Source: Eledone cirrhosa
Taxonomy: Eukaryota
DNA: 64,000 nucleotides
Direction: 5' to 3'
Assembly (NCBI GenBank): GCA_964016885.1
Contig: OZ024743.1
Location: forward strand, 89,218,001-89,282,000
Made by a program: the position numbers and the translations under genes
Shown here: piece by piece, positions 15,329-29,878 of the stretch
How the letters are laid out: each line of letters opens with the position of its first letter
Position numbering within the stretch: the stretch's first letter is position 1
Notes under the pieces: generated by a model
What the model was told of the DNA's origin: nothing
The model's input: only the letters and a program-made list of their open reading frames with translations
The model's database searches: none

Positions 15329-16505
15329 TACAAAAAATATATATAACCGGCAAATTTACAAATTCAAATTACATCATCAATAATAATATTGATAATAAAG
15401 ATAGAGAGAGAAAAAAAGAAAGAAAGGGAGATAGATAAAGGAAAGAAAGAAAAAGAAAAAGAAAAAGGAGAAATGAATACAGAAAAATATAGAGTGGAGA
15501 AATGATGATAGAAAGAGGAGAGACCAGCATAAAGGAGAAATAACGTAGGAGAGAAAGAGAAATAGAGGGAAAATAATGATATCAACAATAAATGAATAAA
15601 CGTTAATACATGAATAAATGTAAATAAATATATGAATAAATAAATAAATAAATAAATAAATTACATCCAATATGATACAAAATGGTACAAAGTATGAAAA
15701 ATGAAAATAAATAAGTAAAAAAGTAAAAACGTGTGAAGAAAATTTAAACATATTAAGATTATTGAAAGTGGTTTTTGAGAGTGGCTAAAATATAGAGAGA
15801 TACGAAGGTATAAATATGATAATGTTAAATATATTTAAGTGTGTATTGGTTATTTTAATAAATAAATAAATTAATTAGTTGAAAGTTATATTATATGATA
15901 AAGTAAAATGTTAGAGATGAAATAAATTTAGGGAGAGAAATATAGAGATAGAGAGTGAAAAATAGAGATAGATAAAATAAGAATGTAAATATAAGAGGTT
16001 TTGATGTTGTTCATTGATAGATGATGGCAATTATAATAATGATGATGATGATAATGTGATATTATAATAGATCTAAATGGTACAATTTGGGTTATGGAAT
16101 AGATAAGATGGAATTAAGCTGGTTTAAAGTTCTCAAATTTGGTCGCCGTTTTATGCCGACAGAAAATAATTATTTCAATTTTACTGTTAACAAACATTTT
16201 GTTGTAATTTAAAATTTGGAAGGATCCTTTATGCTGGTCTCTCCTCTTTCTATCATCATTTCTCCATATATTTTCTTCTCTCTATATTTTTCTCTGTATT
16301 CATTTCTCCTTTTTCTTTTTCTTTCTCTTTTTCTTTCTCTTTTTCTTTTTCTTTTTCTTTTTCCTTTTTCTTTTTCCTTTTCCTTTCTTTCTTTCGTTTA
16401 TCTATCTCCCTTTCTTTCTTTTTTTCTCTCTCTATCTTTATTATTAATATTATTATTGATGATGTAATTTGAATTTGTAAATTTGCCGGCCATATATTTT
16501 TTGTA

Positions 16506-16609
16506 ACAGTTTCTGATGACCTGATTAAACTAACATCGTATTTGAAATTGAGTGGCACTGCTTCTAGTGTTCAGCAATTTTTAGACAAGAGAAACAATTG
16601 TTAGACTGT
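16506..16609 (+). ncRNA. Inverted copy of the same hammerhead with a damaged stem II
   Basis: acagttt-CTGATGA-cctgattaaac...agacaaga-GAAA-caattg-TT-agactgt. Lacks the cttaatc segment of the 3' arm of stem II. Confidence 0.6.
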
Positions 16610-17061
16610 AAATAAATCCCCCTTTTTGTACTGTTGACCATGTTATTCTTCACCTTTTCAATTTTATTACTCCAAGATAAACTTACATAGGAATACAAGT
16701 GAAATCATAAACTCGTCATCTAAGTAAACCTCTTGAGGAGTCAAACAACGTCGTACGCTAAAACTATCCATAATGGTTTCTTATATATGCACAAAGCCAG
16801 CAATTTGGGGAGAGGGGAAAGTCAATTAAATCGACTCCAGTGCGAGCCTGGTACTTTATTTTATCGACCCCGTAAGGATGAAAGGCAAAGTTTACATCGG
16901 CGGGATTTGAACTCAGATCATAAAGGGCCATAACTCTATTCTGCAAATTATGGTGTCCGACGCTCTACCGATTCTGCCAAACCACCGCCCTATCCACAAT
17001 AAGAAGTATTCACAACCTCTAACTGGATGACCTATAACGATATTTTGTTATCCCTTATATA

Positions 17062-17660
17062 TCTGTATATATATATAAATCTGAAATTTTCTGTATGTAT
17101 GTGTATATGTGTATGGACAATTTTTAATGAGGGCTCATATATTCTAAACCATTCATGCGATTTCTTTGAAATTTTTTACAGAGCTTCTCCTTGCACAAAA
17201 CCTGTACATGATCTCAAAGGCTTTCAAAAATCGATATTGGGGCTTTTGGAGACGTTTCGGTTATTTGTGTGAATTTTCGTAATTAAGTAATCAAGAATTA
17301 TCTTTCGTAATTCGGCTCATTCGGATTTTAATTTACTCTTTGTACTTGAAAGAAAGAGACTAACAATATCATTTTGTATATTTCACAACCAGCAATTTCT
17401 AACAGATTACTAAGTTAAGTTATAGATTTGACATTGTATAATTTATCGTTTCAAGCTTGATGTTCATACATTAAGTGATGTCATAACTTTTACAATATTA
17501 TGCTTAAATTTATCTAAAATTATTTCGCTGGAATAGTGCCTAAGGTTTTCATGTTTACATAAAGTACGTTTTTCTTCTATGTATTCAAATTTACTTTGTT
17601 TAGTTTAATGAGCTACATCGAAAGCTACTTGAACCGTCCAAAGGACGGGTAGTTTAGCTA

Positions 17661-17661
<1 letters not shown>
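17062..17661 (+). mobile_element. Non-autonomous Helitron
   Basis: 5' a|TCtgtatatatatataaa; 3' hairpin ccgtcc-aaa-ggacgg then CTAG|t; inserted between A and T. Confidence 0.75.
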
Positions 17662-17701
<40 letters not shown>

Positions 17702-18267
17702 TATATACATCCATCCATGCATGCATACATTCATACATACGTACGTACATACATATATACATACATACATACGTTCCGTACAGACACATCTATACATAGA
17801 TACATGCATACATACATACATATATATACACACAAACATTTATATATATATTTGTATATATATGCCTCCATATATACTCATACATCCGTATATATGCACA
17901 CGTATGGATGCATAATTATACATACATATGTTTTTGTGTGCATGTATGTATGTTTGTTTGTATGTATGTATGTACTCGATAACGAGGGGGCATCCATCAT
18001 GTAAGTATGTATATATGTACGTACGTATGTATGTCTGTATGTCTGTATGTCTGTATATATGTACGTACGTATGTATGTCTGTATGTCTGTATATATGTAC
18101 GTACGTATGTATGCATGCATGTATGTGTCTGCCTGTGAATGCATGCATGCATGAATATGCGCGTGTGTGTATTTGTATGTGTATGTATTTGTGTTGTATG
18201 TGATTTAAACACACATAAACAATAAACAGCGATGAAAGAAAATAGTGATATATCAAGTAGATCTCTT

Positions 18268-18955
18268 TTCGTAATGTGGTGACGTCACTATATTATGTCT
18301 TGGTCTGTATGTATTGCAATGATGTCACCGATGGTAGTGATTACGTAATGATGTGGCGTCATTACATTATGTTGCCATTATGTAATATGGCGACGGCACT
18401 CTATTATATCATAGTCTGTATGTATTGTAATGACGTCACCGATCTTGGCCATTATGTAATAGTATGACCACATGACATTAGATATGGTTATTACGTAATG
18501 TGGTGCCGTCACTGTTATGTCTTAGTCTGCATATATTGTAATGACGTCACCGATATTGGTCGTTATGTAATGTTATGACGTAATCACATCAGATATAGTA
18601 GTAACGTAATGTGGTGACGTCACTATATTATGTCTTGGTCTGTATTTATTGTAATGATGCCAGAGATCTTGGTCATTATGTAATGTTATGACGTCATCAC
18701 ATTAGATATAGTTGTAACGTAATGTGGTGACGTCACTATATTATGTCTTGGTCTGTATGTATTGCAATGACGCCAGAGATCTTGGTCATCACGTTATGAA
18801 GTCATTACATTAAGTATAATCGTTACGTAATGTGATGACGTCACTATAACACACCGCGCTCTTTATATTATGTGACGTCATAGTATACCCTAGCTTTTAT
18901 GTAATGTGATGACGTCACTATAGTAGGGGCATTTATCATTATGTAATGTGATTAT
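18268..18955. repeat. ~110-bp higher-order satellite rich in TGACGTCA
   Basis: cgtaatgtggtgacgtcac-like units at 18270, 18495, 18605, 18718 and 18826. Confidence 0.85.
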
Positions 18956-19547
18956 TTCAAATCCCGTCGGGGTTAACTTTGCCTTTCCTCCTTACAGGGT
19001 CAATAAAATAAAGTACCAGTAACATACTGAGTTAGATTTAATCAACTTTCCCCTCCCCCAAAAATTGTTGGCCTTGTGTCTAAATCAGAAATCATTACGT
19101 ACATACATACAAACATAAATACATTCACACACATACATTCACACAAACACACACATATAGTCATGATAGCAGCGTTCAGTGATTTGGAGATGAGAGGGTA
19201 AAACAAGTATAACGTTTTATTTATTAACTCTTTATTTATTTTACTCTTTTACTCTTTTACCTGTTTCAGCCATCCGGCTGAGGCCATGCTGGGACACCGC
19301 CCTTGTTTTTTTTTTATTAACTCTTTTTTTTAAAACTCATTTAATATAATGGTTACAGAACGAAAACACTAACAAATATAATATATACAAAGGAAAGGGA
19401 AAGGAAAAAAAAGAAAGTGAAAAATTACACAAGCAGGTAATACACACATCTTAGACCCCATAGAACAAAATGCAGGCGAAAGAGTGGAAAACGAGCCGCT
19501 ACCAGAGCAAAAGATAGCAATATAGCGAGGAACACTGGGAAACCTCT

Positions 19548-19990
19548 CTAATAATTTTTGAGGCAGGCCAGCATGCTCGCAGCGTTACCTGTGGCGACGC
19601 TGAGCTGCTGGAACAACCAAGTGCGCTCACGAGCATCACCAGTTACCTCTGTTTGGCGAGCCGACAGTGAAGATAAGAATCTCGCTGTCAGTAGCCCGAC
19701 TCCCCCAAACGTCTCGAACGCCACAGGCTGGATAATGTAGTTAGCTGACAGAACACGGTATTTTAGGATTTTTTTCCGTTCAGTTGCGGATGCTGTAGCC
19801 ATCGTCCTTATCGCTGCATCCAGAATGTGGGAAGAAGCAAAAGAGTTACTAACTGTGACGTCCCAGGTAAGGCACCTGCCTCTTGACCAGGAGCACAGAG
19901 TAAGACCGTAAAGTCTTTTCCCATCAATTCAGGACAACCCAGACGGTTCCAAAATTGAGGGGATGTTTGCCCGGGCCAAAGCTCTTAAGT
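19548..19990 (-). mobile_element. CRE-like non-LTR retrotransposon 3' end (RLE domain)
   Basis: GRCLTWDVTV; ERKKILKY..PVAFETFGG..RERTWLFQQLSVA.GNAA. Related fragments at 38060-38300 and 63060-63150. Confidence 0.75.
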
Positions 19991-20169
19991 GATAATAGGA
20001 CAGTGTGTGTATGTGCGCGCGCGTGAGTTTTTCGGCGTTCTTAAATTAGAGACACGTGTGTGTGTGTCACTGTTTTTAAGTTAGAGACATATATGTGTGT
20101 ATCCCTTTCCTTCCTTTTACACACACATACATTCACACAAACACACATACACATTGCGGGATGGACGGG

Positions 20170-20830
20170 TGGACAGAAGTCCCTCAAATTTATATACATG
20201 TGAATGGAGTTCTACTGAAGCAGTTAGAGAAGTTCACGTATCTTGGAGCCGTGTTCATGAGTGATAGAATGCAGGAGGCTGAATTAAGTGCAAGAATTGC
20301 AAAAGCTGATGCAGTAATACGCCAGCCTCAGTATTCAGCAATCAGAAGGGGAGTAGGTGTAAAAGCCAAACTCGCTGTCTTCCTGGTATTCCTGCCAACT
20401 CTTACCGAGGATCATGAATCTTGAGTAATGACCAAAAGAATACAATTGCAAATAAAAACGGCAGAAATGGGATTCCTCCGAAGGGTCTTTGGAGTAACGT
20501 TACTCGATAAAGTGCATAGCTCAACGACCAGAGAGTCACTCCTGGTAGAGCCGCTACTTCTCCGAATTGAGAGATCACAACTCCGATATTATGAGCATGT
20601 GGTTAGAATGTCTCAGTCGCTGGACGCATTTTACAGGCAAAACCAACCGGCAAGAGACCCAGCGGTAGACCTTGAGCAAGATAGTTGGATAACATCCATG
20701 AGCTTGGCTGGTCACGCTTTGGGATCCAGTTGGATCAGTTAGAGATGTTTACTAATGACAGACTCGCTGGAAGAAGTGTTTGAGAAGGACTCTACCCCCA
20801 CGGCCCTCTCAGAAATAAGTGGGCGAAGAA
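20170..20830 (+). mobile_element. RTE-clade LINE, RT C-terminal fragment
   Basis: LKQLEKFTYLGAVF..RIAKA; AEMGFLRRVFGVTLLDK..IERSQLRYYEHVVRM. The same 3' part recurs at 27980-28260 (+) and 32750-32950 (-). Confidence 0.75.
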
Positions 20831-22169
20831 GATATTGTCAATTCACTTTGAAATTTACATATATCTATATGCATATATATTTGCGTATAATACCAATATG
20901 CACAATACATATGCTAGCAGAAAACCGCTTGAAGGGCGGTTTTTCTGTTAGCTATTATAACAGATCTGTTCTTTCTGTAATATGATGACGTCAAAACAGT
21001 CTGAAGCAATTCGACTCGCCGTAGATTCCTGAATAAAAATAGGTTCATTTTATGTGAAGTGAAATGATTCGACTGGGATTCAAACATGTGGTGCAGTAGG
21101 AACCCACAATCATAGCCCGGCGTTCATATTCTAGCTTCTTTACTTGATACAGCCGACTGTTCCGTTGATAAAACAAACCTGCACCACTCGTCGTCAGAAC
21201 CGGTGGAGGTCCAGGAACATGTACTGGTATGTATGTATAACAAGAAAATATAATATATCTGTGACTCACATTGTATTTGTTAATTTCACTGTCTGTTGTA
21301 CCTGCATTCCTATCTCTTTTTGTGTATCGGGTATTTCGTTGCTATTTCTTGTTCTTGGATTTCAAAAGCATACACTTCAAAGTGAGAGCTAATATGGCGG
21401 TTGTTGGTTAATGATAGACTAGTTAATTACTTGTCACTGTGAAACTTTCTGACAACATGGCCATACACACTCTTCTGTTGTAAGAAGACAGCCTTTCATC
21501 TAATGTTCTTTTGTACGTTTCATTGGTCATTATTCTAAGAGTAATTTCTGAAGAGCTTCTTTCCAACTCTCTTAATTTTATTTATCTTTATCTCATCTAT
21601 GCAAACGTTCATCCATAGTTGTATTAATATAAATGATGTCGTCAAAGTTAGGTGATACGGCATTCGATGGCTGTTTGAATCGATCTTAAGCCTTTGGCTC
21701 ATTGTTTTGCTTTTAGGTAGAAGTAGTCTACACCATCGGTGATGTTTGACTTTTCTAGCGTTCTTTAATCACTTTCGAAGGCGGCGAATTGTTAGAGTCG
21801 TTAGGACGTCGGGAAGAATGCTTTGTGATATTCGTTCCTGCTCTCTGCTCTCGGCTCTCCCCAGAGGCAAACTTTGCCTTTCATCCATTCATGAGTCCAG
21901 TACTGAGATCGACTCTTCCTCTCTCTCTCTATATATATATATATCCCCCCTCTATCTCTCTCACACACACACACACGCACACACTCTCTCTTTTCTTCTC
22001 AGGAAGAAATCGACCGTATTCAGATATAAAGAAGAATTAGTTTTGCTAAGTTTAAAAATATCCAAGGCACGCTGTATGTCCTTCACGACACCTCTATGAC
22101 TCCACCAGGTAACCAGTATTAACATATGCATTGAATGCTCTCATTAGGATATATGACTCAGTCGTAACT

Positions 22170-22585
22170 ACATCTAGCACTGGAGTGACCTTAATTTTCA
22201 AAACGAAAAAAAGAGAGATTGCTCTAATTATAAAGGAATCCCTTTGATAAGCTCCCCGGTAAAGTCTATGCTAAGTGTCTGGCAAAGAGATGTAGGGAGA
22301 TTGTCGAGTCCAAGCCAGCTGAAGAACTGTGGCTTTCACCCTGGATGCAGCACAGCTGACCAAATATTTACACTGAGTATTGCTAAGAGATATATACTTA
22401 TTTCGTAGACTTCGAAAAGGCATATGACCGCGTTCCACGGGACTCGTGGAAGGATCTGTAGGAGTATGGGATCGACGGTCAGTTTTTTTGTCGCTTTGAA
22501 GTTCTTATACGAATGCGCTAGTAATTGTATTCGGGTAAATGGTGCTAAGTCAAAACCATTCAATGTGGGTGTCGGACTCGGGTTG
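22170..22585 (+). mobile_element. LINE reverse transcriptase core fragment
   Basis: Broken frames: PGKVYAKCL, CGF.PG.STADQIF, FVDFEKAYDRVPR. Confidence 0.7.
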
Positions 22586-23986
22586 GAAGTGGTATCAAGA
22601 CTGGCGGCTGGAATTTGCAGATGCTACAAAATGCAATAGCAGGAAAGCACTTATGGACCATTAATGAAAAGTTTGTAGATCCATTGTCCAAGATATATGT
22701 TCAGCTCCATACCTATTACAGGATATATATGTAGGTTCGACTCCCATGTACGTCAATACTCATTATTTCCTTTTCTAGAAGGTTCTAAGCTCCACTACCA
22801 GGCTAAACATTTCTTTAGTGAAAAATATGGTGAAAGCTTCTATTTCTACTAAATTTAAAACCACTCGCTGTTTCAAAACAAACTTACTTGTCATATATAT
22901 ATAATAAGTTGACGGGACTAGCATGGGTTTCACTGCTAGTACCGGTTGCATCTCAGCATACTCAATAAGTAATGTTATGTACATTCCCAGAGTAGACACA
23001 TAGTTATTTGCTTTAATTCAACACACGTAAATGGGTACCTCCAATATATACCCGTACTCGAGTTTTGGCCACACTTAATGCAGCAGTAGAATGCACAGCA
23101 TCCACTGTCTGCATTTATTATGCAACAATACACAATCGGTGCAGGTGGCTTCATCAATGGGTTTCGCCTAATCAATAACTAATCGATCGACAGAATTCGA
23201 TTCCAGTCCGTATCGGCTAAGACAGTGAATGTGACGGTCAACAGAGTAAAACATTAGCAACTGAAATCCCTATGCATCATCACAATGCCGTCAAACGACT
23301 GGCTATTGGTTCAGAGATTTACATGACGGTAGCAGACGAAATTCAAATTGCCTGGACCAAATTATAGCTTAACTTGGAGTTAGGGAGAGAGAACGCAGTT
23401 CCTTAATTCATAAGTTACAAATGGTCATGATATCTGGAACCTTCAGGATCTGTAAAATATTCTTATTATTCAAAGGATGCACAAGAGCACAAGAGAGGAC
23501 GAATATTTTCTTTTCCATACAACATTGCCAGAGGGAACATGGCCGGTGAAAATAAACTCGAATTTAGAGAAAGAGAAAACATGCATACATAAAAGGGGTA
23601 AAGACTCCCTTCGGTCACTAATGACCATGGGGTTTGCACCTAGAGAGTCCCCCCCCCCCCCGAGGCACAAGTCTGGGCAAGGTTGTTTGTGGAAGACCAA
23701 CAGTCGCCCATGCATACCAGTCTCCCTCTCTCCGCGCCACAGATGTTGTCCAAGGGAAAGGCAATGACCGATACAGCTTGGCACCAGTGACATTACAACT
23801 CATTTCTACAGCTGAGTGAACTGGAGCAACGTGAAATAAAGTGTCTTGCTCAAGGACACAACCCGAAGCCCGGTCTGAGAATCGAACTCACAACCTCCCG
23901 ATTGTAATGCATACATATATACATATATACATACATAGATACATACATAAATACAGACACTTACAGGGAGATTAGTACAGCTTGTA

Positions 23987-24018
<32 letters not shown>

Positions 24019-24277
24019 TGTAATAGATACACATAAACAGAAAGAGAGAAAGTGTTTGTGTGTGTTTGTGGTATAGAGAGGGGGAGAGGGAAAATAAGAG
24101 AGAAAGGGGGTGAAGTGAGAGAGAAAGAGAGAAAGGAGGAAGAGAGAGAGAGAGAGGAGGAGAGAGAGATATGAAGAAAGACAACCAGATGGGCAAAGAA
24201 ACAGGTGTAAAAATATATAGATTGATATAAGTGACAGTTTGATAAATAGAGAAACATGTTTACATACACATATACAG

Positions 24278-24331
<54 letters not shown>

Positions 24332-24398
24332 ATATATATATATATACACACACACACACAAACACACATAAACACAAAAACACATATATATACACACA

Positions 24399-24446
<48 letters not shown>

Positions 24447-27042
24447 CACACACACAAACATGCACACACATACACACACACACACACACACACAAACATG
24501 CACACATATACACACACACACATGCATTCACACATATCCACTGGCATGCACACCCACACATACTCATGCACACACACAAACATGCACACATACAAGCACA
24601 CGCATACATACAAGCACACATACAAGCACACACACATACATACACATACACATACATAATACACACACCTTATTTTATTGCCTGTCCCTTTGCTTCATAA
24701 CTTCCTAGCAGTGTCCTGTTTATTTTTCATTTTTTCATCTGATCTGGAGTTCTGGATGAGGGTGCCCTACACTTCAAGCCGAAACCTGACAGAAATCCTG
24801 GGTGGATAGCTGAGGATTGGAAAATGTCTTGTTTCTGTTTTGACTCATTTCTACCTGGTTTATTATTACAATATCTTTCATCATCATCATCATCATGGGT
24901 TTTACGGGTTGTCACGTACTGAGGCTGCACAGAAGAGGTGACTACGTCTTACCTGCACTGGCCAGGTAACCATGTCATATCTGTACTCGTTCGGTGACCA
25001 CGTCATACCTGTACTGGTCAGATAGGTGACCACGTCATGCCTCAGTTTTTTATTTGGTTCCTACAGCTGGATGCTATTCCTAATCACTTTACAGGGTGTC
25101 CTAGGAGCATTTTATCGCAACTCTGGCACTACCCACCTTACAGGATTGGCTATATATATATATAGAATAAACTTGCATTTTATTTTGGCTGTGGTTATTT
25201 TAAGCTGTGAACATGTCACAGCTACCCCATTATATGTTTACAGCATTAAATACTCACAGCGAGATTATACAATATGCTTATTATACATAAACATTAAAGC
25301 GGTGAGTTGACAGTATCGGTAGAGCGTTAGACAGTATGCTTTGCAGTATTTAGTTACGTCCCTTGACGTTTTGAGTTCAAATCCCGTCGATTTTAGCTTT
25401 GCCTTTCATCCATACGGAGCCGATAAAATAAAGTACTAGTCACGCACTGGGGTCGATTTAATCGACTTTCTCCTTCCCTACATTACTGGCTTTGTGACTA
25501 AATTCGAAACCATTATTCATAAACATATAGTATATGGTTCCATATATATATATATATCTTTATTAAGTTCTTATTTTGGTGGTGGATTGGCAGTATCAGT
25601 AGAGGATCGGACGCCATGCTTTGATGCATAGAGTTACGGCCCTTTTCAATCTGAGTTCAAATCCCGCCGAGGTTAACTTTGCCTTTCATCATTACGGGGT
25701 CGATAAAATAAAGTACCAGTAATGCACTGATATTTGCTGGCCTTGTGCCAAAAGTAGAAACAATTAATTTCTTATTTTGTCTCCATTAGTATCTGTATCT
25801 CTTTCAAATAGAGACAACTCTCCCTCTCCTTGCCAATTTCTACCGTTCTCCCTCACTATTTCACCTGCCACCCCTAATACTCTCTAGTTATCTTTTACAT
25901 CAGTCCTCACCAGGCTCCTCTCTCCCTCCTCTCATTAACATAACGTCAGTGATGAAGCAGCAGAACAGATAAGACTGACACATAAATATTTACACACCAT
26001 AAAACACCAATCACCTTTGGCTCAAACTTGTCACTTCTCATGAAATACAACCTCTTCCGTTTCCGGTAACTCTTCTGTCTGGAGCCTTTATCTCTCCCTT
26101 AATGCTACCATCAAGAACTCCTACACCCTAAAGGATGGGGTTAATGTCTTTGTGGAGGATGGTGGTAGTGATGGTGGTGGTGATGGTGGTGGTGATGGTG
26201 GTAGTGATGGTGGTGGTGATGGTGGTAGTGATGGTGGTGGTGATGGTGGTGGTGATGGTGGTAGTGATGGTGCTGATTGTGATGTTGGTTCGTAATAGCT
26301 GATAGCGTTGTTGATGGCTGCGTTGGTAGTGAATGTAATGATGATGGTGGTGGTGATGATGATGATGGTGATGGTGGTGGTGATGGTGATGGTGGTGGTG
26401 GTGATGGTGGTGGTGGTGGTGGTGATGGTGGTGGTGGCGGTAGTGATGGTGGTGGTGGTGGTGGTGGTGATAGTGGTGGTGGTGTTGATGGCTGCGTTGG
26501 TAGTGAAAGTGATGGTAATAGTGCAGGTGATGATGGTGGTGTTGCTGATGGTGGTGGTGATGGACATGGACAGGGTGACGGTGATGGTGGTGGTGATGGG
26601 GCTTGTGGTGCCGCTGGTGGTGATGATGATGGTGGTGCCGCTGGTGGTGATGATGGTGGTGGTATATTGAAGGGTTTAATAATATTATTAAACCCTTCAA
26701 TATACAAAGCTTAATTTAATATTATTCTTAATTCCTTTTTCTCTTCGTGCATAAACTTCATTAACTTTTAATTTCAAATTCTTTTAAATTATCTATTATC
26801 TTCTAACGGCTTTTTAACTTCTCTCTCTGAGACAATATATATTTTTTTCTCAGTTGTAAAGGCTATCTCTCTCTCTCTATCACCCATCTCATCCTTCCTT
26901 CTTATACTCCTCACCCACCATTCTTTACTCTCATCTCCTCCTCTTCCTTACCCCCCCCCCTCACTTTTTCCAATCTCATACACCAATCTTAAATTATTTT
27001 TCATATGTTGATTTAAAACTTCACTATTCACAAGTGTATCCC

Positions 27043-27113
27043 TATTTTATCTGATGAGAACGCAGATATCATCCCATGATGATATTTGTTTTTGAAATGC
27101 GCATAATAAAATA
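27043..27113 (+). ncRNA. Hammerhead family A
   Basis: tattttat-CTGATGA-gaacgcagatatcatc cca tgatgatatttgttttt-GAAA-tgcgca-TA-ataaaata. Confidence 0.85.
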
Positions 27114-27276
27114 CTTGGAACTCTTTTAACCATCTTTTGATCTTATATTATTTATACTCCAGTCCTACAAACTGTAGAGTGCTACTTATCCGATATTTGC
27201 ATTGCTTTATTGTGCTACAATAAAACTCATTTTTTAAGGGTATGTCAATATTTATTTATAAAACTAACCTATATTA

Positions 27277-27342
27277 TATTTTATCTGATGAAAGCGCACC
27301 ATAGTTTGCTCTGGTGGCCCTTGAAATGTGTATAATGAAATA
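27277..27342 (+). ncRNA. Hammerhead family B
   Basis: tattttat-CTGATGA-aagcgcacca...tggtggccctt-GAAA-tgtgta-TA-atgaaata. Outer helix tatttataaaac/gttttataaata. Confidence 0.8.
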
Positions 27343-27381
27343 AATATGGTTTTATAAATATAGTTTCCATTTGTTAATATC

Positions 27382-27462
<81 letters not shown>

Positions 27463-27625
27463 TTTATATATATGTAAACCTTTTCAGTAAAATCTCATTA
27501 CTTTCATAACAGATAATATTAGATTTCAAAGTATTTGTCTTCTGTTATTAAATTGAAGATTAGTTATTTCCTTAAGCTTCCCATAATTCTTTATTTTGGA
27601 CACACACACACACACACACACACAC

Positions 27626-27725
<100 letters not shown>

Positions 27726-28887
27726 AGTGAAATCTCATTACTTCGATAACAGATAATATTATATTTCACTAGTTAAATATTTGTCTTTTGTTATTAAGAT
27801 GAAAGTTATTTCCTTAAGCTTCACATATTTCATGATTACGTTATGTAAATAAAACACAAAGGTAATACAATAATACTCTTGTTAAAAATATACTAAAGAA
27901 AGCGACAACTTTCTTTCTAACACGTTATATTGTAAACTCGACTGTGTTACAGTTTGATAGTTTTTATTAAGGATTTTCTTTTCTCCGAATTGAGAGATCA
28001 CAGCTCTGATACTATGGGTATGTGGTTAGAATGTCTCAGGAAAGAATGGCTGAACAGATTTTACGGGCAAAACCAATTGGCAGGAGACCCAGGGGTAGAC
28101 TCCGAGTAAGATGGTTGGATAACATCTATGAGCTTGACTGGTCTTGCTTGAGGATCTAGCTGGATCAGTTGGGGCGGTTGCTTCTGACAGGACCTGCTGA
28201 AAGGAGTGTTTGAGAACTCTTCCCCCAAGACCCTCTCAGGTATAAGTGGGCCAAGAAGAAGTAGAAGTAGAAGAAGAAGAAGAAGAAGAAGAAGAAGAAG
28301 ATACAAGTGCCGGGGATTAACTGATAGCTTCGTCTTCGTAAAATCGGAAAGACAGCAGCCCGCCAAAGGAAGGACCCCACGACCATCTCAAGAAGAAGAA
28401 GAAGAAGAAGAAGAAGAAGATTTGCTTTGTATTTTCGTTTTAGTTCTTTGTGCTTAGTTTGGGACAGTAACTTTCCTAAATACAGATGTGTATTAACATT
28501 TAGGGGTTTAGTTTTGTTAAGAGAAGTTTTTTTCAACACAATTCATTACATATGTAACAGTGAATCTCAAGTAGTGTATTTAGTATACAGAAGTCGTCCC
28601 TGGGGATATCTAACTGCAGTAATATTACTGAAAGCTGGTTTCTTCTGTTGTCGTTGTGGTCGTTGTTATTGATGTTATTGTTATTATTATTGCTGTTGTT
28701 ATTGTTGTTGTTTTTGTTGTTGTTGTTGCTGTTGTGGTCGTTGTTATTATTGTTGTTATCATCGTTGTTACTGTGGTCGTTGCTACTGTTGTTGTTGTTG
28801 TTGTTGTGGCGGTCATTGTTACTATTGTTGTTATTATTATTTTGTTGTTGTTATTATTGTTGTTATTATTATTTTGTTGTTGTTATT

Positions 28888-28922
<35 letters not shown>

Positions 28923-29044
28923 GCCCAAAGGACAGTTCTGATCAAAGGCATTCCAGCATTGACCATACATACTTGTTTCAATAGGAATACTTTACTTAAC
29001 TTATTCTTCAGACATTACACGACATACCTTCAGATATGACACGG

Positions 29045-29878
29045 CTTGACCATTAGATTCTACATAACTTGACCTTCAGGTTCTCCATAACTTGACCTTC
29101 AGATCCTACATAATTTGATCTTCAGATTCTACATAACTTGACCTTCAGGTTCTGCATAACTTAACCTTCAGATTCTACATAATTTGATCTTCAGATTCCT
29201 GATAACTTGACCTTCAGGTTCTCCATAACTTGACCTTCACATTCTACATAATTTGATCTTCAGATTCTACATAACTTGACCTTCAGGTTCTGCATAACTT
29301 AACCTTCACATTCTACATAATTTGATCTTCAGGTTCTACATAACTTGACCTTCAGATCCTACATAACGTGACCTTCAGGTTCTATATAACGTGACCTTCA
29401 GATTAAACACAACTTGACCTCCAGATCCTACATAACCTGATCTTCAGATATTAGACGATTTGACCACCAGATATTACACGACTTGACCTTCAGGTTCTGC
29501 ATAACTTGACCTTCAGATTCTACATAACGTGACCTTCAGGTTCTACATAACGTGACCTTCAGATTAAACACAACTTGACCTCCAGATCCTACATAACGTG
29601 ACCTTCAGGTTCTACATAACTTGACCTTCAGATTCTACATAACTTGACCTTCAGATCCTACATAACGTGGCCTTCAGGTTCTACATAACTTGAGCTTCAG
29701 GTTCTACATAGCTTGACCTTCAGATCCTACATAACGTGGCCTTCAGGTTCTACAGAACTTGACCTTCGGATCCTACATAACGTGGCCTTCAGGTTCTACA
29801 TAACTTGACCTTCAGGTTCTACATAACTTGACCTCTAGATTCCACATAACTTGACCCTCAAATATTACACAACTTGAC
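29045..29878. repeat. 23-bp minisatellite, about 36 copies
   Basis: Unit ataacttgaccttcagattctac. Confidence 0.95.

Larger units (their letters stand above)
15166..16663 (-). mobile_element. 5'-truncated Penelope-like element with inverted pLTR copy
   Basis: 15166-15536 and 16226-16663 are inverted repeats carrying HHRs. Minus 16218-16114 reads QILNYNKMFVNSKIEIIIFCRHKTATKFENFKPA*, homologous to the C-terminus of the 45004-46038 ORF (LLNKKSEVFATCQHRFRHSFQNFKPNI*). Confidence 0.8.
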
